The position numbers and the translations under genes were made by a program. 64,000 nt of DNA from Blepharisma stoltei ATCC 30299 (taxonomy: Eukaryota; Protista; Ciliophora). The stretch covers positions 124,001 to 188,000 of the forward strand of contig CBFDEM010000020.1 in NCBI GenBank assembly GCA_965603825.1, read 5' to 3'. Under the pieces are notes generated by a model. It was not told the DNA's origin and searched no databases. It worked only from the letters and a program-made list of their open reading frames with translations. Shown one piece after another: positions 35,702 through 48,235 of the stretch. Every line of letters begins with the position of its first letter. Positions within the stretch are counted from its first letter, which is position 1.

Positions 35702-36177
35702 TTAATTTAAAATAAAGATTAATATAATAATTCATGATTCAGTTTATTAGACCTATTTTAAAGCTAATATTTTAATTAATAAAGCATCAAAACGTCTACT
35801 AAAATTAGAGAAAAAATTATTAATCGGCGATTAATTTTCTATCGATTTTTAAAATATAATCTATTTTTACAAATAGCATTGGCTGCTAACTAAGAAGGAT
35901 AATTGCATCATATCTAATAAATATATAAACTTACATTAATAAATATTTACAAATTTTTAGTATCCTGCAATGTTGCCTATAGTGTTATTATAATACGATT
36001 AAAAATACGAAAACTATTTTATAATTTTTATTATCTAAAGCATTTCACAATATCTCCTATAGAGGGTATTTGTTTTAAGATAGATAGATTTTACAGTTTC
36101 ATTTAGCTTATATCAAGACTGAGCAGCTTGTTTAAAATTTTTTTTGTTCATCGTATTATGTTAAGTATAATATAAAT

Positions 36178-36744
36178 ATGAAAAATTTCACTGGAAAGGA
36201 AACTAGCCATCTACCAAAGCCTTTTTATTTGAATGCAGAAGATATTTTTGAAGCAGAATCTTCAGAATTCAGATGTGGGAACTGTAGCCTACAATTTTCA
36301 AGTCTTTTAGAATTAAGTATTCATCAATACTCCGATAAAAATCATGAAGGAATGGTGGATTCAGGCATATTATTCCTGACTGCATACAATATAAATGTGC
36401 AGCTTTATAATGATGCAAGCCAATTGCTTATGAGTAGATGTGACCCACAAGCAAATATTGGTGATGAGTACTGCTGTAAGTATTGCAATAAAAACTTTGT
36501 TTCATTTAAAGGTATTCAGCAGCACATTGGTAAAATGCATCAAATCTCACCTAGGGAGGTAAAATGCGATATTTGTTTAAAGAGTTTTAAAAACAAAAAC
36601 GCATTGAAATTCCATCATCATCAAGTGCATGAAAAATCGACAAGGGTTTTATGCGAGTTTTGCCACAAATTATTTTACAATAAATATGCGCTAGCTGCTC
36701 ATATAAACACATGCATTGGCAAGAAAGAAAGCCAAGATACATAG
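36178..36744 (+). CDS. C2H2 zinc-finger protein
   Basis: CGNC..H, CKYC..HIGKMH, CDIC..HHHQVH, CEFC..HINTC. Confidence 0.88.
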   Translation: MKNFTGKETSHLPKPFYLNAEDIFEAESSEFRCGNCSLQFSSLLELSIHQYSDKNHEGMVDSGILFLTAYNINVQLYNDASQLLMSRCDPQANIGDEYCCKYCNKNFVSFKGIQQHIGKMHQISPREVKCDICLKSFKNKNALKFHHHQVHEKSTRVLCEFCHKLFYNKYALAAHINTCIGKKESQDT

Positions 36745-37147
36745 ACAATTTATTGATTGAGAAAAATAATTTTATACTTTTGTTTAAATTTAATTTCTAG
36801 AAATTGCCCATATTTTTGTTCCACCATTTAATTATTTTGAAATTTGATAAAAATGAAATAATATAAAATAATAAGCATATGAATATTAATTGTTTTTAGA
36901 ATTTAGAATAGCTTTGTTTTTATAATCTAGTTTTTATGTTTAGCAAATTATTTTATGGTATATAAATGTAATAAAAATGCAATTCGAAATAATGGGAGTA
37001 TAAGTTTTGGAAAAAATAATTTGATAAGCATTGCATACCTAAATCATTATTAACATTTTTTAAAAAAAAATATAGTAAGCAAAGCTTTTTATTAATTATC
37101 TATTTATTTTTAAAATTACTTGATTTTATGATGCTAAGATTATTTTA

Positions 37148-37675
37148 TTAATCTTCATGATGCTCAAGTTTATCTTCGAACACAGCCCTCAATTTTCGGC
37201 CAGCCTTATAAATATGTACCATCTGAGGCGGAAGTATTCTAATAAGCTGATCCCAATAAAGACTTAGAACTTCTTGGCTTCTAGGAAGTCTTGAATTTCC
37301 TTCATTCATCAGTTCTGCTTTTAATCTATCTGGAAGTGTTTGGATTTCATTAATAGCTTGATCTACACACCTTTTATGGTCTTGGTATTCTTCAAAGGCT
37401 TCAAAATGCTCATGAGTGCAATAAAGACTGAATTCTTCCGCTTTTTTTGTGAATTCATTCATAGTTGCTTTATCATATTTAATAGTGTGTCTATTAAGGT
37501 TTCTAAGCCTTTGGAATTCCCTTAGCAGATAAAAAGCACGACCTTTGGAAAAATAAGGATGCAATTCTTTTTCTTTTATCTTTTTTCCAAATCTCTCTTC
37601 TAGCTTTTCTCGTGTTTTTTTATCTGCTCTCCTACCTCCACCTGCAAAGCGGCAAATAATGTTCTTTCTCAGCAT
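37148..37675 (-). CDS. Probable mitochondrial protein, mL40-like
   Basis: MLRKNIICRFAGGG presequence-like start; FSLYCTHEH..QAINEIQTLPDRLKAE resembles mL40. Confidence 0.55.
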   Translation of the reverse strand: MLRKNIICRFAGGGRRADKKTREKLEERFGKKIKEKELHPYFSKGRAFYLLREFQRLRNLNRHTIKYDKATMNEFTKKAEEFSLYCTHEHFEAFEEYQDHKRCVDQAINEIQTLPDRLKAELMNEGNSRLPRSQEVLSLYWDQLIRILPPQMVHIYKAGRKLRAVFEDKLEHHED

Positions 37676-37709
37676 TTTATAAGAGGTCAAATAATCCTTA
37701 TTCGCAAAT

Positions 37710-38750
37710 ATGGTGATTCCTATATAGAGCAAGCCTATTCAAGAACCAAAAATTCTTAAACTCAAACTTATAAGCAGAGGAGAAGGAAAAGGTGGAATTT
37801 TTGCTCCAGTAAAGCCTGCAGACACAAATACCGAAAAATTCAAAAAAATCAAAGAATTAGTGGGCGAAAAATACTTCGATGAAAATGCCAAGGTTGACGA
37901 AGGATTAAAACTAATTGGTGAAGAGCCTAAATCCAATGAAGGGGAATTTGAAATTGTAGATATTGACATGGATCCAAATGAGATGAAGCCTGAACAAATA
38001 GATATTTTAGAAGCCCTTTACAAAGACGCAGAAGGCGAAGAAGGAGAGCTTGAAGACGATTTTTTGCAGCTTGCAAACCAAGAAGGTGAAGAAGAGCTAG
38101 AAGAAGTAATGAAAGAATATGAGTCTGATAGTGAAAATGAAAAAGAAGAGCCACGAGGACTAGTCCCTAAATCTGTATTAGACGAAGCTATGGAAGAATT
38201 TGTGCAAGAACACCCCACGATGTTTGGAGAAACTAATGAAGATAAAAAAGAAGAAGATGCCACGGTTTATACAAAAAAAATTACCTATGAAAAAATAAAG
38301 CCTGAAGAAGACCATGTCATGCAAAGAATTCTTGCTGAATTAGTAGAAGAAACAGCTGAAGAAGGAGAAATTGAAGTGCCAGAGCCTGAATATAAAGTCC
38401 GTGAAGACGATATTAATTCTGTTGCAAGCACTTATACAAATACAGATAATAGGCCTATTATTGTATCTGTTAGACCTGGAGCTGATAAAAAGGGCAAAAA
38501 ATTGAAAGGAAAAGGAGGAGAAGAAGAAGATGAGAAAGAAGAAAATAAAAAGCAGCCAGGCCATAGAGATCGTGGGGAAACAAAAGAAGAAAAAAAGAAG
38601 CGAAAAGAAGAAATTAAAGCTCAGAAAAAGGAAAGCAGAGAAAGAAAGAAGAATATCAAAATTCTTTATAAAGTTGAAAAATCCAAACAAAATGAGCTGA
38701 ATTCAGGCACAGGAGATGTGGCTTCTGGTTATTCAATAATTAAGCTATAA
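37710..38750 (+). CDS. LTV1: LTV1-like 40S biogenesis factor
   Basis: GELEDDFLQLAN, SVASTYTNTDNRP, RGETKEEKKKRK..RERKK; ATG followed directly by intron 37713-37727. Confidence 0.82.
37713..37727 (+). other. 15-nt intron immediately after the start codon
   Basis: ATG|gtgattcctatatag|AGC. Confidence 0.8.
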
Positions 38751-39223
38751 TTTCACACATATTAGTTTAAATTGGTAATATTAGTAAAAGGAGATACTGA
38801 TTGAAATAAATTTCATATTGTTTAAAAAAACATTAATTGTCTGAAATAGATAAATAAACTATTTTAATTTATTATTGCCATTAGTTATTATCTTTAATTC
38901 TCTAGACTCTATAATTTATTAATCTATATTTTGATTAAAGTTGTGATGAATTACTCATCAATATATTTTCATTTTCTAATAACCATAAGGACTATTCATA
39001 ATAGCTGTTTATTTATATTTAATAATTTTTACTCACTTATTTATCTTAGAAAATAGTTTTATATTGCAGATTTTAAGCTTCTTTATATAAATATATTTTA
39101 TAGAGTCTCAAATCTTATTTGGCAAATATTTTCATTTTAATTTTATATAATTGGAATATCAGAGCAAATAGATAAATAGATGCAATAACCTGCATAACTT
39201 GAAAATTATGGAAAATTATTGAA

Positions 39224-39886
39224 ATGAAAGCAACAGATTATGAAAAAGTCGTTAAACGAAATTTGTCTCGAGATTTTCAAAAATATTTGATACCAACTCC
39301 TCCTGATTCAAAAAAAAAGCAGTTAAAATTAGAAATTGAAGGGAAAAGGAAAATTGACTTCTCCTTACATAATTCACTTTTGGTAGGTAATGAAAAAAAG
39401 TATCAAAAATCTGATTCAAGCCCAAACTTGAATTTAGTTAAAAGAATGAAGAAACTTGAAGAAGAAAAGAAAATTATCGAAAAAATGATTAAAAATGTAG
39501 GTAAAGACAGAAAAGCACAGTTAAGCCCGAAGAAATGCAATTTAAATTTAAGTAAAACTGATGCAATTAAAGAAAATGTTGAAATTTTAAGAGAGCTTTA
39601 TGAGACAGCAGATGATGAAGTCCAAGAACAAAATGAAGTTCAATTAAAATGCCAAGAAAAGCTTAACGGTATAAATGATGCAGTCAAAACAGTTAATGAC
39701 AGCTTAGAAAAGCTTTATCAAAGCATTATTTGTCATAAAATTTTTGATTCTACACACGAAAAAATGACATCTTTTGAGTATGAAAAACAATTTGACTTGG
39801 AGATCTTAAAAGATTTAGGCAATATCGACTGCAAAAGGACTAAATTTCATCACAAAATTTACCCGAAATTAAATTCCTTAATTTAG
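39224..39886 (+). CDS. Hypothetical protein
   Basis: 220-aa ORF flanked by AT-rich intergenic DNA. Confidence 0.65.
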   Translation: MKATDYEKVVKRNLSRDFQKYLIPTPPDSKKKQLKLEIEGKRKIDFSLHNSLLVGNEKKYQKSDSSPNLNLVKRMKKLEEEKKIIEKMIKNVGKDRKAQLSPKKCNLNLSKTDAIKENVEILRELYETADDEVQEQNEVQLKCQEKLNGINDAVKTVNDSLEKLYQSIICHKIFDSTHEKMTSFEYEKQFDLEILKDLGNIDCKRTKFHHKIYPKLNSLI

Positions 39887-40138
39887 TAGCTATATATAAT
39901 CAAAAATCTTCAAAATTAAATTTTATAACTCTTCTATAAATATGCAAAAAAATTTTTATAGCAGTAAGTTCCTTAGCCTGTAAATAGTTAAAATATGTAA
40001 CTTACGAATGATAAGCTCGCATAATAGTTTCACCAACATATTGGCGAAGGAAATAGAATAAATATGAGGATGGTCCATTTTAATAGAAATATAAATTGAT
40101 TTATTATCAAAATTTCTCAATCTAATTATTATTGTAAA

Positions 40139-41338
40139 ATGGTTGGCATACAAATTTTCTTCTGAGTCCTACGTTCCGTTTCCGCACTGGAAACTTTAGG
40201 TCTAGACATTAACTTTTGGCCAGTTGGAATCCAATACTTCGGTGCGGAAATGGGATATGGTGCTGTAGCTAAACAAGACATTGAAAAGGGGACACCCTCA
40301 ATGATAATTCCTATTGACCTTGTAATCAACTCAGCTGATCCTTTTCCTCTTTCTCCATACCTCAATCACCTGGCATCAGAAGCGCTCTTGGCTTATAGAC
40401 TTCTCTGGGACAGATTTTCTGAGTCACCCGCAAAACAATTTTCCAAAAAATGGACTGAAATCCTTCCTAAGGAATATAATGTTTTATCGATTTGGAACAC
40501 CACTGAACGTTCGTGGATGGATGAATACTCATTAAAATTTCTTGAATATAACCATTCGTTTAAGCCCTATGAAGAGTTCCTTAAAGCCAAATCTTCTATA
40601 GAAAAACTTGATTGGGTCCCTCAAGAACTCTTAGATTATAGATGGTTTCAATGGGGATACGCAGCCGTGCTATCAAGAACTTGGTCATACCCAGCTGCTT
40701 ACATTAAGCAGGCCCGTGGTGAAGAGGTAAAACCAGAAGATTTTGCAATAAGAACAACTGGAATGTACCCAGTGGCAGAAAATGTAAACCATTGCACAGT
40801 GCCTTCCAAACACAGAAAGCCCTCAATTCAATTATCAATGACTATGAAAGACAAATGGGCTGCGGTTATGGCTCAAACCAATTTTAAGAAAGGACAAGAG
40901 TTCTGCATTGAGTATGATGAAGACCCTAATAATGGAATGCTTTTTAAATACGGATTTGTCGTCGAAAAAAATTATTTGGAAGAGTTTTTCATTGAAAAGA
41001 AGACTAAAAATTGCAATGAGAAAGTCATAGAAGGAGGAATCTGCCAATGGGCATTGAAATCGTATGAGCTAAATCCAAGGCTTTTAGAATACCTTTCAAA
41101 AGGGAAAGGAAAGGAAGAAGGGCTGAAAAGCTATATTTCTGAAGTAAAAAACATCTTGAAAAATAGCAAATACAGCATTAGAGAGCTAAGAAGAAAGAAC
41201 TCAGCAGCAGAAATGTTGAGGGAAAAATTTGCGATAACTTATGGTGTTGGGCAGAGACTGCTTTTGCAGGAGCATGTAAAGTTTGCAATGAGGGATCTAC
41301 TAAAAAATTACTCAGAGAAACTGAAGCTAATAAACTAA
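40139..41338 (+). CDS. SET-domain methyltransferase (SETD3/LSMT-like) with signal-peptide-like N-terminus
   Basis: MGYGAVAKQDI, WGYAAVLSR, PVAENVNH, KGQEFCIEY..MLFKYGF; upstream in-frame ATG 40139 via TGA. Confidence 0.82.
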
Positions 41339-41640
41339 TCTCAAAATCATTGAAGATTAACTATTTTTCTTCTTTTCCGTAACTTATTTTTTCATCAAAT
41401 TAAGAGTAATTTCGAAATATATACCGAGTCCTTCCCATAATATTAAGGGATAGAGCTATCTTCTACCTTATTAAAGCTATTTATTTGTATTTTATATATT
41501 AGGCATTTAGGGAAGATTATTTGAAATGAAAGCAGTTATCTTTGATTTATTTTAGCTACTCAAAACAATATTATAGAAATTTCTTGGTATTTCCATATAA
41601 ATATATATGATAAATCTCTGTCTCCACATCTTTTTTAGAA

Positions 41641-42213
41641 ATGGAGCCAGGAGTTTCCGGTAGCTATTGCACATTTTCAATGTTTCTTCTCTGCAATTTA
41701 CTTTTGCTTGCTGTAGGTATAACAGTAGGAACTTTAGCTATCTATATCTGCGCTGATCAAAATGATTTTTCATGATATGATGGACTGTTTGCCCTGCTTG
41801 GATTTGTGATTGCTTTAACTGCAATCGCAAGTGTGAAGACAAAAGAGTCTCTAAAATGACTCTTTTTTTACATGCTTTTTTTGCTGATTCTGACTCTAAT
41901 TGTAGCTGGGTTAACTATAGGGCTGATTTTTTGGCACGATTTCGAGATCAAAATAGGGTTTGAAAACGCCTGGGGGGTCAGAGGAAGTTATATTGGCTCA
42001 TGCGGGGTTATGCTATTTTGTGTAATCGTGGGATTTTTCTATAGAAAAAGTCTGATGTCTGCAGTGATCAGAAAAAGTGAAGAAGTAAATTTCTTGGATA
42101 TTAAAGGGCCGTTAGTTCCTGCTAGAACTGCAAAGCCACAAGAAATATCAAGAGGATTTCAGCAGAAGAGCCCTAAGAAAGGCAAGCCAGATTCATTATT
42201 CGAAATGAAGTAA
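41641..42213 (+). CDS. Four-TM (tetraspanin-like) membrane protein
   Basis: ATG 41641 in frame with ORF 41872 via two TGA; four hydrophobic segments. Confidence 0.75.
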
Positions 42214-42348
42214 TAAATAACTTAATTTCCATTATAACAGTTACTTTTTAACTGTTCTATAATGATTTATATATATTATTTTTTGTTTTTGAAGCAAAAA
42301 ATCTTTAAAGTCTGAAGAATTATGCTATCCTAGGGCTATACAAAAAAA

Positions 42349-43800
42349 TTATTTTTTTGACATTAAAATCTTTTTCTGTTCTGCTTCTATTATTTGGCTC
42401 CATTTCATTCTGTCTCTTTCTGCCGAATGAATCATTTCAGACATTAGATCTTTAGTAAGCTCACTTGAAATATTAGGAGCTATAGGCCGGCTTGGATAAG
42501 TTATTTTATCAATTTCACTATTTCAGGAACCAATCCCTTTAAGATGAGTTTCAATGTACTCATTCAGGTTTTGAGTTTCTATAACATATCTATGATATTT
42601 CTCATTGTATTCTTTGACTCTTTTTCTTGCATATTCTCTAATATAAATTTCTTTTATTTCTTCTGGAATTGATGACGCCCCAGTTTTTTGTGTTTTTTCT
42701 TTAATTGTTTTTCTTCTTTTCCCTTTTCGCACAGGATTTTTCTCAAAAATTTCGTGCTCAGTTTCATTCCATTTATTAAGCCATACAAAATAATAAGTTC
42801 TTTTCATCATTATAAATCTTTTCATGCCTCTTTGGATTGCATAAAGCTAAATATTAATCACTTTTTGTTGTCAACTGAACATTGTTTTTAACATCACTGA
42901 AGAGGTAATTGAGGTTTCAATCATATTAACTATAGTGTTCATATTTCTCTCTCTTCTCTTCTTTAGCCACCGCTTAGCACGATTCACCAAATGAAACTGA
43001 AGAACCTATATAAAGTTTACTCTATTTGCCCTAATCCTCCTAATCTTCCTTCCCAAAATCGCAATTTTTCCTACACATTTCGAAACTTGTCTAAGCCATT
43101 TTAATGTTGCCATAGCACGCCTTCTTAATTGAATTTTCCTTTTAAGTTTAACCCTTATAACATTAGCGCTCCCAAACATAGTAAAAATAGCAATTCATGA
43201 CAGCCTAACCTTAAAGACTTCATTTTTCCTCATCCTCATATCAAGTTTTTTGAATTTCTCTGCAAGCTGTTCTTGTCGATCTTTCTTCACAGCTTCATAA
43301 ATGCAGTTTTTTGCTTGTCTTGCTATATCACTTCTTGCCCTCTGCCGTCTTGACATAGATTTTGCTCTTAAAATTTTTTGGTCAGGAGAATATTTTCGCA
43401 TGTCTTTATTTTCTTCAATTTTTTTGGTTTCTTTTTCTTCAAATAATTGTTGCCTTTGTTTTAAGAATTGAGAAATGTCGTGACTTAAATTCGCTTGATC
43501 TTGGAATCGAGAACTCCTTGAAAATTCAAATGATGGGCCTGACGCATTGGGCGCGTGGTAATATCGTCCTGGACCTAAATGAGAGCTTGTGGAATCAGGT
43601 GGGCCTATTTTTTTGGTGCTTGGTGCAGTTACATATGAACTTCTAGGCCTTATATTAAGATATTGGAACCTTATAGGTGAGCCTACACGAAGAGACGAGT
43701 AAGAAGACTTTGTTGGAGATTTTTCACGAGTTTGGGCAGAGTTTGGGGATAAAGACTTATCGTTGAATTTGGAAATATTGTATTCGTTATACTCGGCCAT
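42349..43800 (-). CDS. Basic protein with PGPG-Y (SHIPPO-like) motif and IQ-like motif (2 introns, 3 TGA)
   Basis: HLGPGRYY..PSFEFSRSSRF; YAIQRGMKRF; ORFs 43195-43800 and 42523-42825 linked by introns 43006-43020 and 42847-42861. Confidence 0.72.
42847..42861 (-). other. 15-nt intron
   Basis: gtgattaatatttag. Confidence 0.78.
43006..43020 (-). other. 15-nt intron
   Basis: gtaaactttatatag. Confidence 0.8.
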
Positions 43801-43947
43801 GTAATTAAACTTCCATAATTACCTATAATGATTGAGAAAAAAGCTGCAGTTCATTTAAATGTAAACCAAGGTAGAATGATTTATAGGGTTTAAATATTAT
43901 TAATAAATATAATCAATAAATTAATTAGGACTAAATATATTAAGCCA

Positions 43948-44718
43948 TTAAGGCTCTGTGAGCACAAGCTCTCCATTTTCCAAACTCAGCATTGAAATCA
44001 AGAATTCATAATTATTTTTCCCTTTCATCAAGAAAACTGCATCATTAAGAGAGATTTCAAGCGTATGCTTGAAAATATCTCCAGGTTTATATGCGTCTAA
44101 GCGCATTATTCTAAATATAAAATACTTATTATCAGCCCTTATGTCGATAATATATGGCTTATTGTCAAGCACAATCTGTCCTGAGTAAAAAGTTGAACCA
44201 TCATTTGGGCTTCTATATTTCGGGATTTCTACATCATATTTAGATGTGTTGAAGCCACTGATTTTTCTCATATGATCGCCAGGACCCAAAATATAAGGAT
44301 ATTCACATATAGACCTCGCTAATTTTTCTTGTTCGTGTCTTTCTGTTTTCTGTTTTGAGTAATCAAAAATAGATTTCGCCTGCTGTAGCCTTTTAAGCAA
44401 TGCATAATTTTCAATTGTAATCTGAACCAGACGATTCTTGCGTTGGCCTCAATTTGAAGGCTTGTTTGGCTCAGGCCTTAGCTTTGGCAGACTACTTGAC
44501 CTTTTCCCTCTTTGAATGTCTGAGAGCTTATTCAGCAGTATTATATTTTCGTTCTCAATTTTTGTGAGTCTTTCTTAATGATAATTACCATCATTCAGCC
44601 TTTTTTGTCGATTATGCAGGTCAAGATTTGAGCGATTCCTTGTTAATCTTTCACTGGCAACTTTTGGGTTCTCAATATCCCAAATTGTTTGCAAATTTTT
44701 ATTTGGTGAAAAGCTCAT
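43948..44718 (-). CDS. CFAP97/KIAA1430-domain protein
   Basis: ERLTKIENENIILLNKLSDI..ITIENYALLKRLQQAK; intron 44574-44588; TGA 44449. Confidence 0.72.
44574..44588 (-). other. 15-nt intron
   Basis: gtaattatcattaag. Confidence 0.8.
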
Positions 44719-44762
44719 AAGTTATTATTTTAAGAAAATTAATTTTCCTACATCATTCTAAA

Positions 44763-46403
44763 ATGGACGACAGAGAAGTTGAGCTGCAATCTCGTACAAG
44801 GGAAGCTATTGAAAGAATCCTGGATTTAAACATGACTGAGGCTGATCTCCAGCAAATTTCTCCTCAAGACCAGCATTTGGTATGAAAAGTTTTAATACTA
44901 GATGACACGTCAAATCTCTGCATTGCTCCGCTAATTCACTTAGGAAACCTCAGACTTCACAACATTACATTATGCTTAAGGCTAAACGAGCCTAGAAAAC
45001 AGCTACAATCAGTCACAGCAGTTTACTTAATAGAGCCTACAGTAGCAAATATCGGCCAATTCATAAAAGACTGCAAAATGAAATTGTATGATTTTTTCCA
45101 GATTAATTTTTTATACCCTCCCAAACCTGTAATAATGCAATCCTTAGCGTCTGGATTGGTTGCGGAAAACTCCATTTCGAGACTGCTAAAAGTATATGAG
45201 CAATATCTAAAATATATCTTGCTAGAGGAGTCATTATTTATGCTGAATTCCCACTCGTTCGAAAGCTTGCAGCAGCCAGGGATAAGTGACTATGAAATTG
45301 AGTCTATGCTTGAAGACGTCGCTTTAGGTCTTTTTTCTGTGCTAAAAACATGTAGGATATGGCCAATCATAAGAGCTGGCCGAGGGTTTAGTGAAATAGT
45401 TGCAAATAAGCTTGCAGAGCTGTGCTGGGAACACCCAGATGACGTTTCTCACTTATCAAGACCTTTGCTACTTATTGTGGACAGAAGCATTGATTTTTCA
45501 GTGATGTTCCATCATCCTTGGACTTATCAAGCCTTGGCATTTGACGTCTTCAAAAACAGCTTAAATAAAATAGTGATCCCAGGAAACCCTCCAACCTTAT
45601 ATGAGCTTGACAAATCCCGAGACTCTTTATGAAAAGAGCAAAGCAGCAATAAATTTGGCGACGTCTTGCAAACCGTAGATAAAGCTTTTAAAGAATGAAA
45701 AGACCAATATGACCAGATTGGGAACAATATAGCTGAAGCTTTTGACAATGTCCCTGAAATGGCTGAGAAAAAGTCACAATTGGATTTGCATATGAATTTA
45801 GCTACAGCGTTGGTAGACCAAGTACAGTCAAGACATTTAGACCAGTTTAATCAATTTGAAGAAAAATTGATGAGTGGGAAGTCAGCAAATCTACAAGAAA
45901 TTCTTAATATGCAGCCAGCACCAACTGTAGAGGCTGAAGTTTGGGAAAATGATAAATTAAGGATACAGATTATTGCATTTTTGAATAAACTTGTAGAAGA
46001 AATCCCTGATAGCAGCTTGCAAGCTTATTTAAGCAGCTTGAGAGGAGAAGTCGAGCAGCAGTCAACACTACAGTATTTGTCAGGGTTTGCAGAAAAAGTC
46101 AAAGGTAAACTAATGGGGCATGAAAAAATGCTCCCGATGACGAAGCTTGTGCACTCGGTGATGGAAAATAAAGCAAAGGAAAAAGACTTGGAGTATTATG
46201 ACTCAATTCATAGAAATGGGCTTAAGTATAAGAGAGAATACACAGAAGCCATTGTATTTGTAGTGGGAGCAGGAAATTATGCTGAGTACCACAACTTGCT
46301 TCACTACGCACAAAAGTTTGAGAAAACAATTGTGTATGGCTCGACGGATCTTCCAACACCTAATCAATTCTTAGAGCAACTTCAGCGTTTATCTCAATTA
46401 TAA
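44763..46403 (+). CDS. SLY1: Sec1/Munc18 family, Sly1/SCFD1
   Basis: V-W(TGA)-KVLILD, AVYLIEPT, RPLLLIVDRSIDFSVMFHHPWTYQAL, DLHMNLAT, AIVFVVGAGNYAEY, YGST. Confidence 0.92.
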
Positions 46404-46667
46404 TTAGTATTTAACCAATATATGAGCAGATATTTTTCAGAAAAATATTAATAGGCATTAGCTTTAATTATCTTTTTTTTAAGTTCTCATAGCCCTATTT
46501 TTTAGGTCAAGATTAATTATGTATTTTATTTTTCTTAAAAATATTTGAATGAAAATTTAGTAGGCTTATAGTTCAAAATGGAGAAAATTTAATATAAAAG
46601 TCATTGAAAAGCCTATTAACTGGCGCTAAGTGTATAAGACATCGCATACCATATATTTTATAACGAA

Positions 46668-47618
46668 TTATAATAGAAGAGACTTAACATGCTCGTAGAC
46701 TGACCAGGAGACAGCAGCACCTGGCAAGAAGAACATCATACGAGGTACCATTCCTCTTAGGAACCCTCTAAGACCATCTTCCAAATAAATCAGACTTATC
46801 GCGTTTTGAATGTTCCCATATCTGGGCTTCGACAAATTCCCTTGACTTTGCATAAATTTCGTGCCGCAGCTAGGACAAGTTTCTCTCTGCGTCTGCAATC
46901 TCGTCTTAATAACATCCAAAGGAGTCGTAAGTCCAGCTGCCAAAGCTGCTGAAACTCCTGCACATGTAAAGAACCCATACATTGAGACATTTCCGTCTGG
47001 ATACAGCTGAGACTTAAAATTCTCATAGAAAGTCATAAAAAGCACAGCTTGTGGCATATTCATTATCTATATATTTTTTACCAGTGTTATAGGTAAGCTT
47101 CTATATAAGCTAATGATTCCTTCATTTCCCACAACATGCTTAAGCATTCCAAGTGGCCCTTTTACTCTGTTTAATTGTATCCTCTGTTTGATTACTAAAT
47201 AATGAATACCATCCATTGGAGTTATGATAATATCGTGAGAAGACGTCGCCAAAATTCCTGTGATTGCTGTTGAAAAAAAATAAAAATCTTTATTGCTTTC
47301 AATTTGGAAATGCCTTTTTGAATATTCGTAGATTGAAAAATAAGCTGCATGGGCTGGTACACAGCCGAGGATAACGGTCGAAACCCCTCTTCACATTTTG
47401 ATAAATCCTTCGTTTTTCATTAGCTTTGCTATATCCCAGTATGAGGCTGATCTTGTAGACTCTGCTTGAGCGAATGTCTAATTGGATTTCACCTTAATCG
47501 TGTCAAAAGGGAATGAAATTGAATGCTCTACTACACCAGCACAAGATCCGGCCAGCATATGTGTCTTAAAGGGTAAATTTTCTGAATTGTCTTCCCAGTC
47601 AAGCAGCTTTTCTTCCAT
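46668..47618 (-). CDS. Mitochondrial carrier, mitoferrin (MRS3/4, SLC25A28/37)-like (3 introns)
   Basis: [73 protein letters not shown]. Confidence 0.92.
47067..47081 (-). other. 15-nt intron
   Basis: gtaaaaaatatatag. Confidence 0.92.
47195..47209 (-). other. 15-nt in-frame intron with no stop codon
   Basis: gtattcattatttag; removal restores the Px[DE]xx[KR]xR carrier signature PMDVIKQR. Confidence 0.9.
47478..47492 (-). other. 15-nt intron
   Basis: gtgaaatccaattag; gives PFDTIKT. Confidence 0.92.
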
Positions 47619-47633
47619 TCTTTTTTAATAAAA

Positions 47634-48059
47634 ATGTCAGAGGAAGGAGATCCTCGTGAGCAGGACAGATTCTTGCCTATAGCAAATATATCGAGAATTA
47701 TGAAAAAAGCATTACCACCTCAAGCGAAAATAAGTAAAGATGCTAAAGAATGTGTCCAAGAATGCGTATCCGAGTTTATCAGCTTTATTACCAGTGAAGC
47801 CTGTGAGAAATGCTTAAGTGAAAGAAGAAAAACAATTAGTGGCGACGATTTAATGTATGCAATGAATACTCTTGGATTTGAGAAATATATTGAACCTTTA
47901 AGGGTTTATTTGCAAAGGTATAGAGATCTTTCAAAAGGGGATAAACCTGAAGAAGCTGGGATTCCTCCAATGCTTTTCCCAAATAATGTGCTAAAACATG
48001 AGGGGAATGGCGAAGAGGAAGAAGAAGAGGACGAAGAGGAAGAGGAAAAATCTGATTAA
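47634..48059 (+). CDS. NFYB: Nuclear transcription factor Y subunit B (HAP3)
   Basis: [46 protein letters not shown]. Confidence 0.96.
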   Translation: MSEEGDPREQDRFLPIANISRIMKKALPPQAKISKDAKECVQECVSEFISFITSEACEKCLSERRKTISGDDLMYAMNTLGFEKYIEPLRVYLQRYRDLSKGDKPEEAGIPPMLFPNNVLKHEGNGEEEEEEDEEEEEKSD

Positions 48060-48235
48060 ATTAAAAAATAGAGGATGAGATTATTATAAAATTTGATATG
48101 AAATTCAAAAGATTCGTGTATTTTTGATAAAATGTAAAGAATTAGATATGGCGAAGCTATTAATAAGCTTAAAGGATATTTTAATAAGTTTTAAGCATAA
48201 GAAAACTCATAAATGGATAAGTTATAATAAAAAAT

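Noticed and set aside
33722-39224. Long AT-rich gaps as retained IESs or ncRNA loci
   Set aside because: No coding interruption, cloverleaf or stable stem was seen; TA boundaries are uninformative at this AT content.
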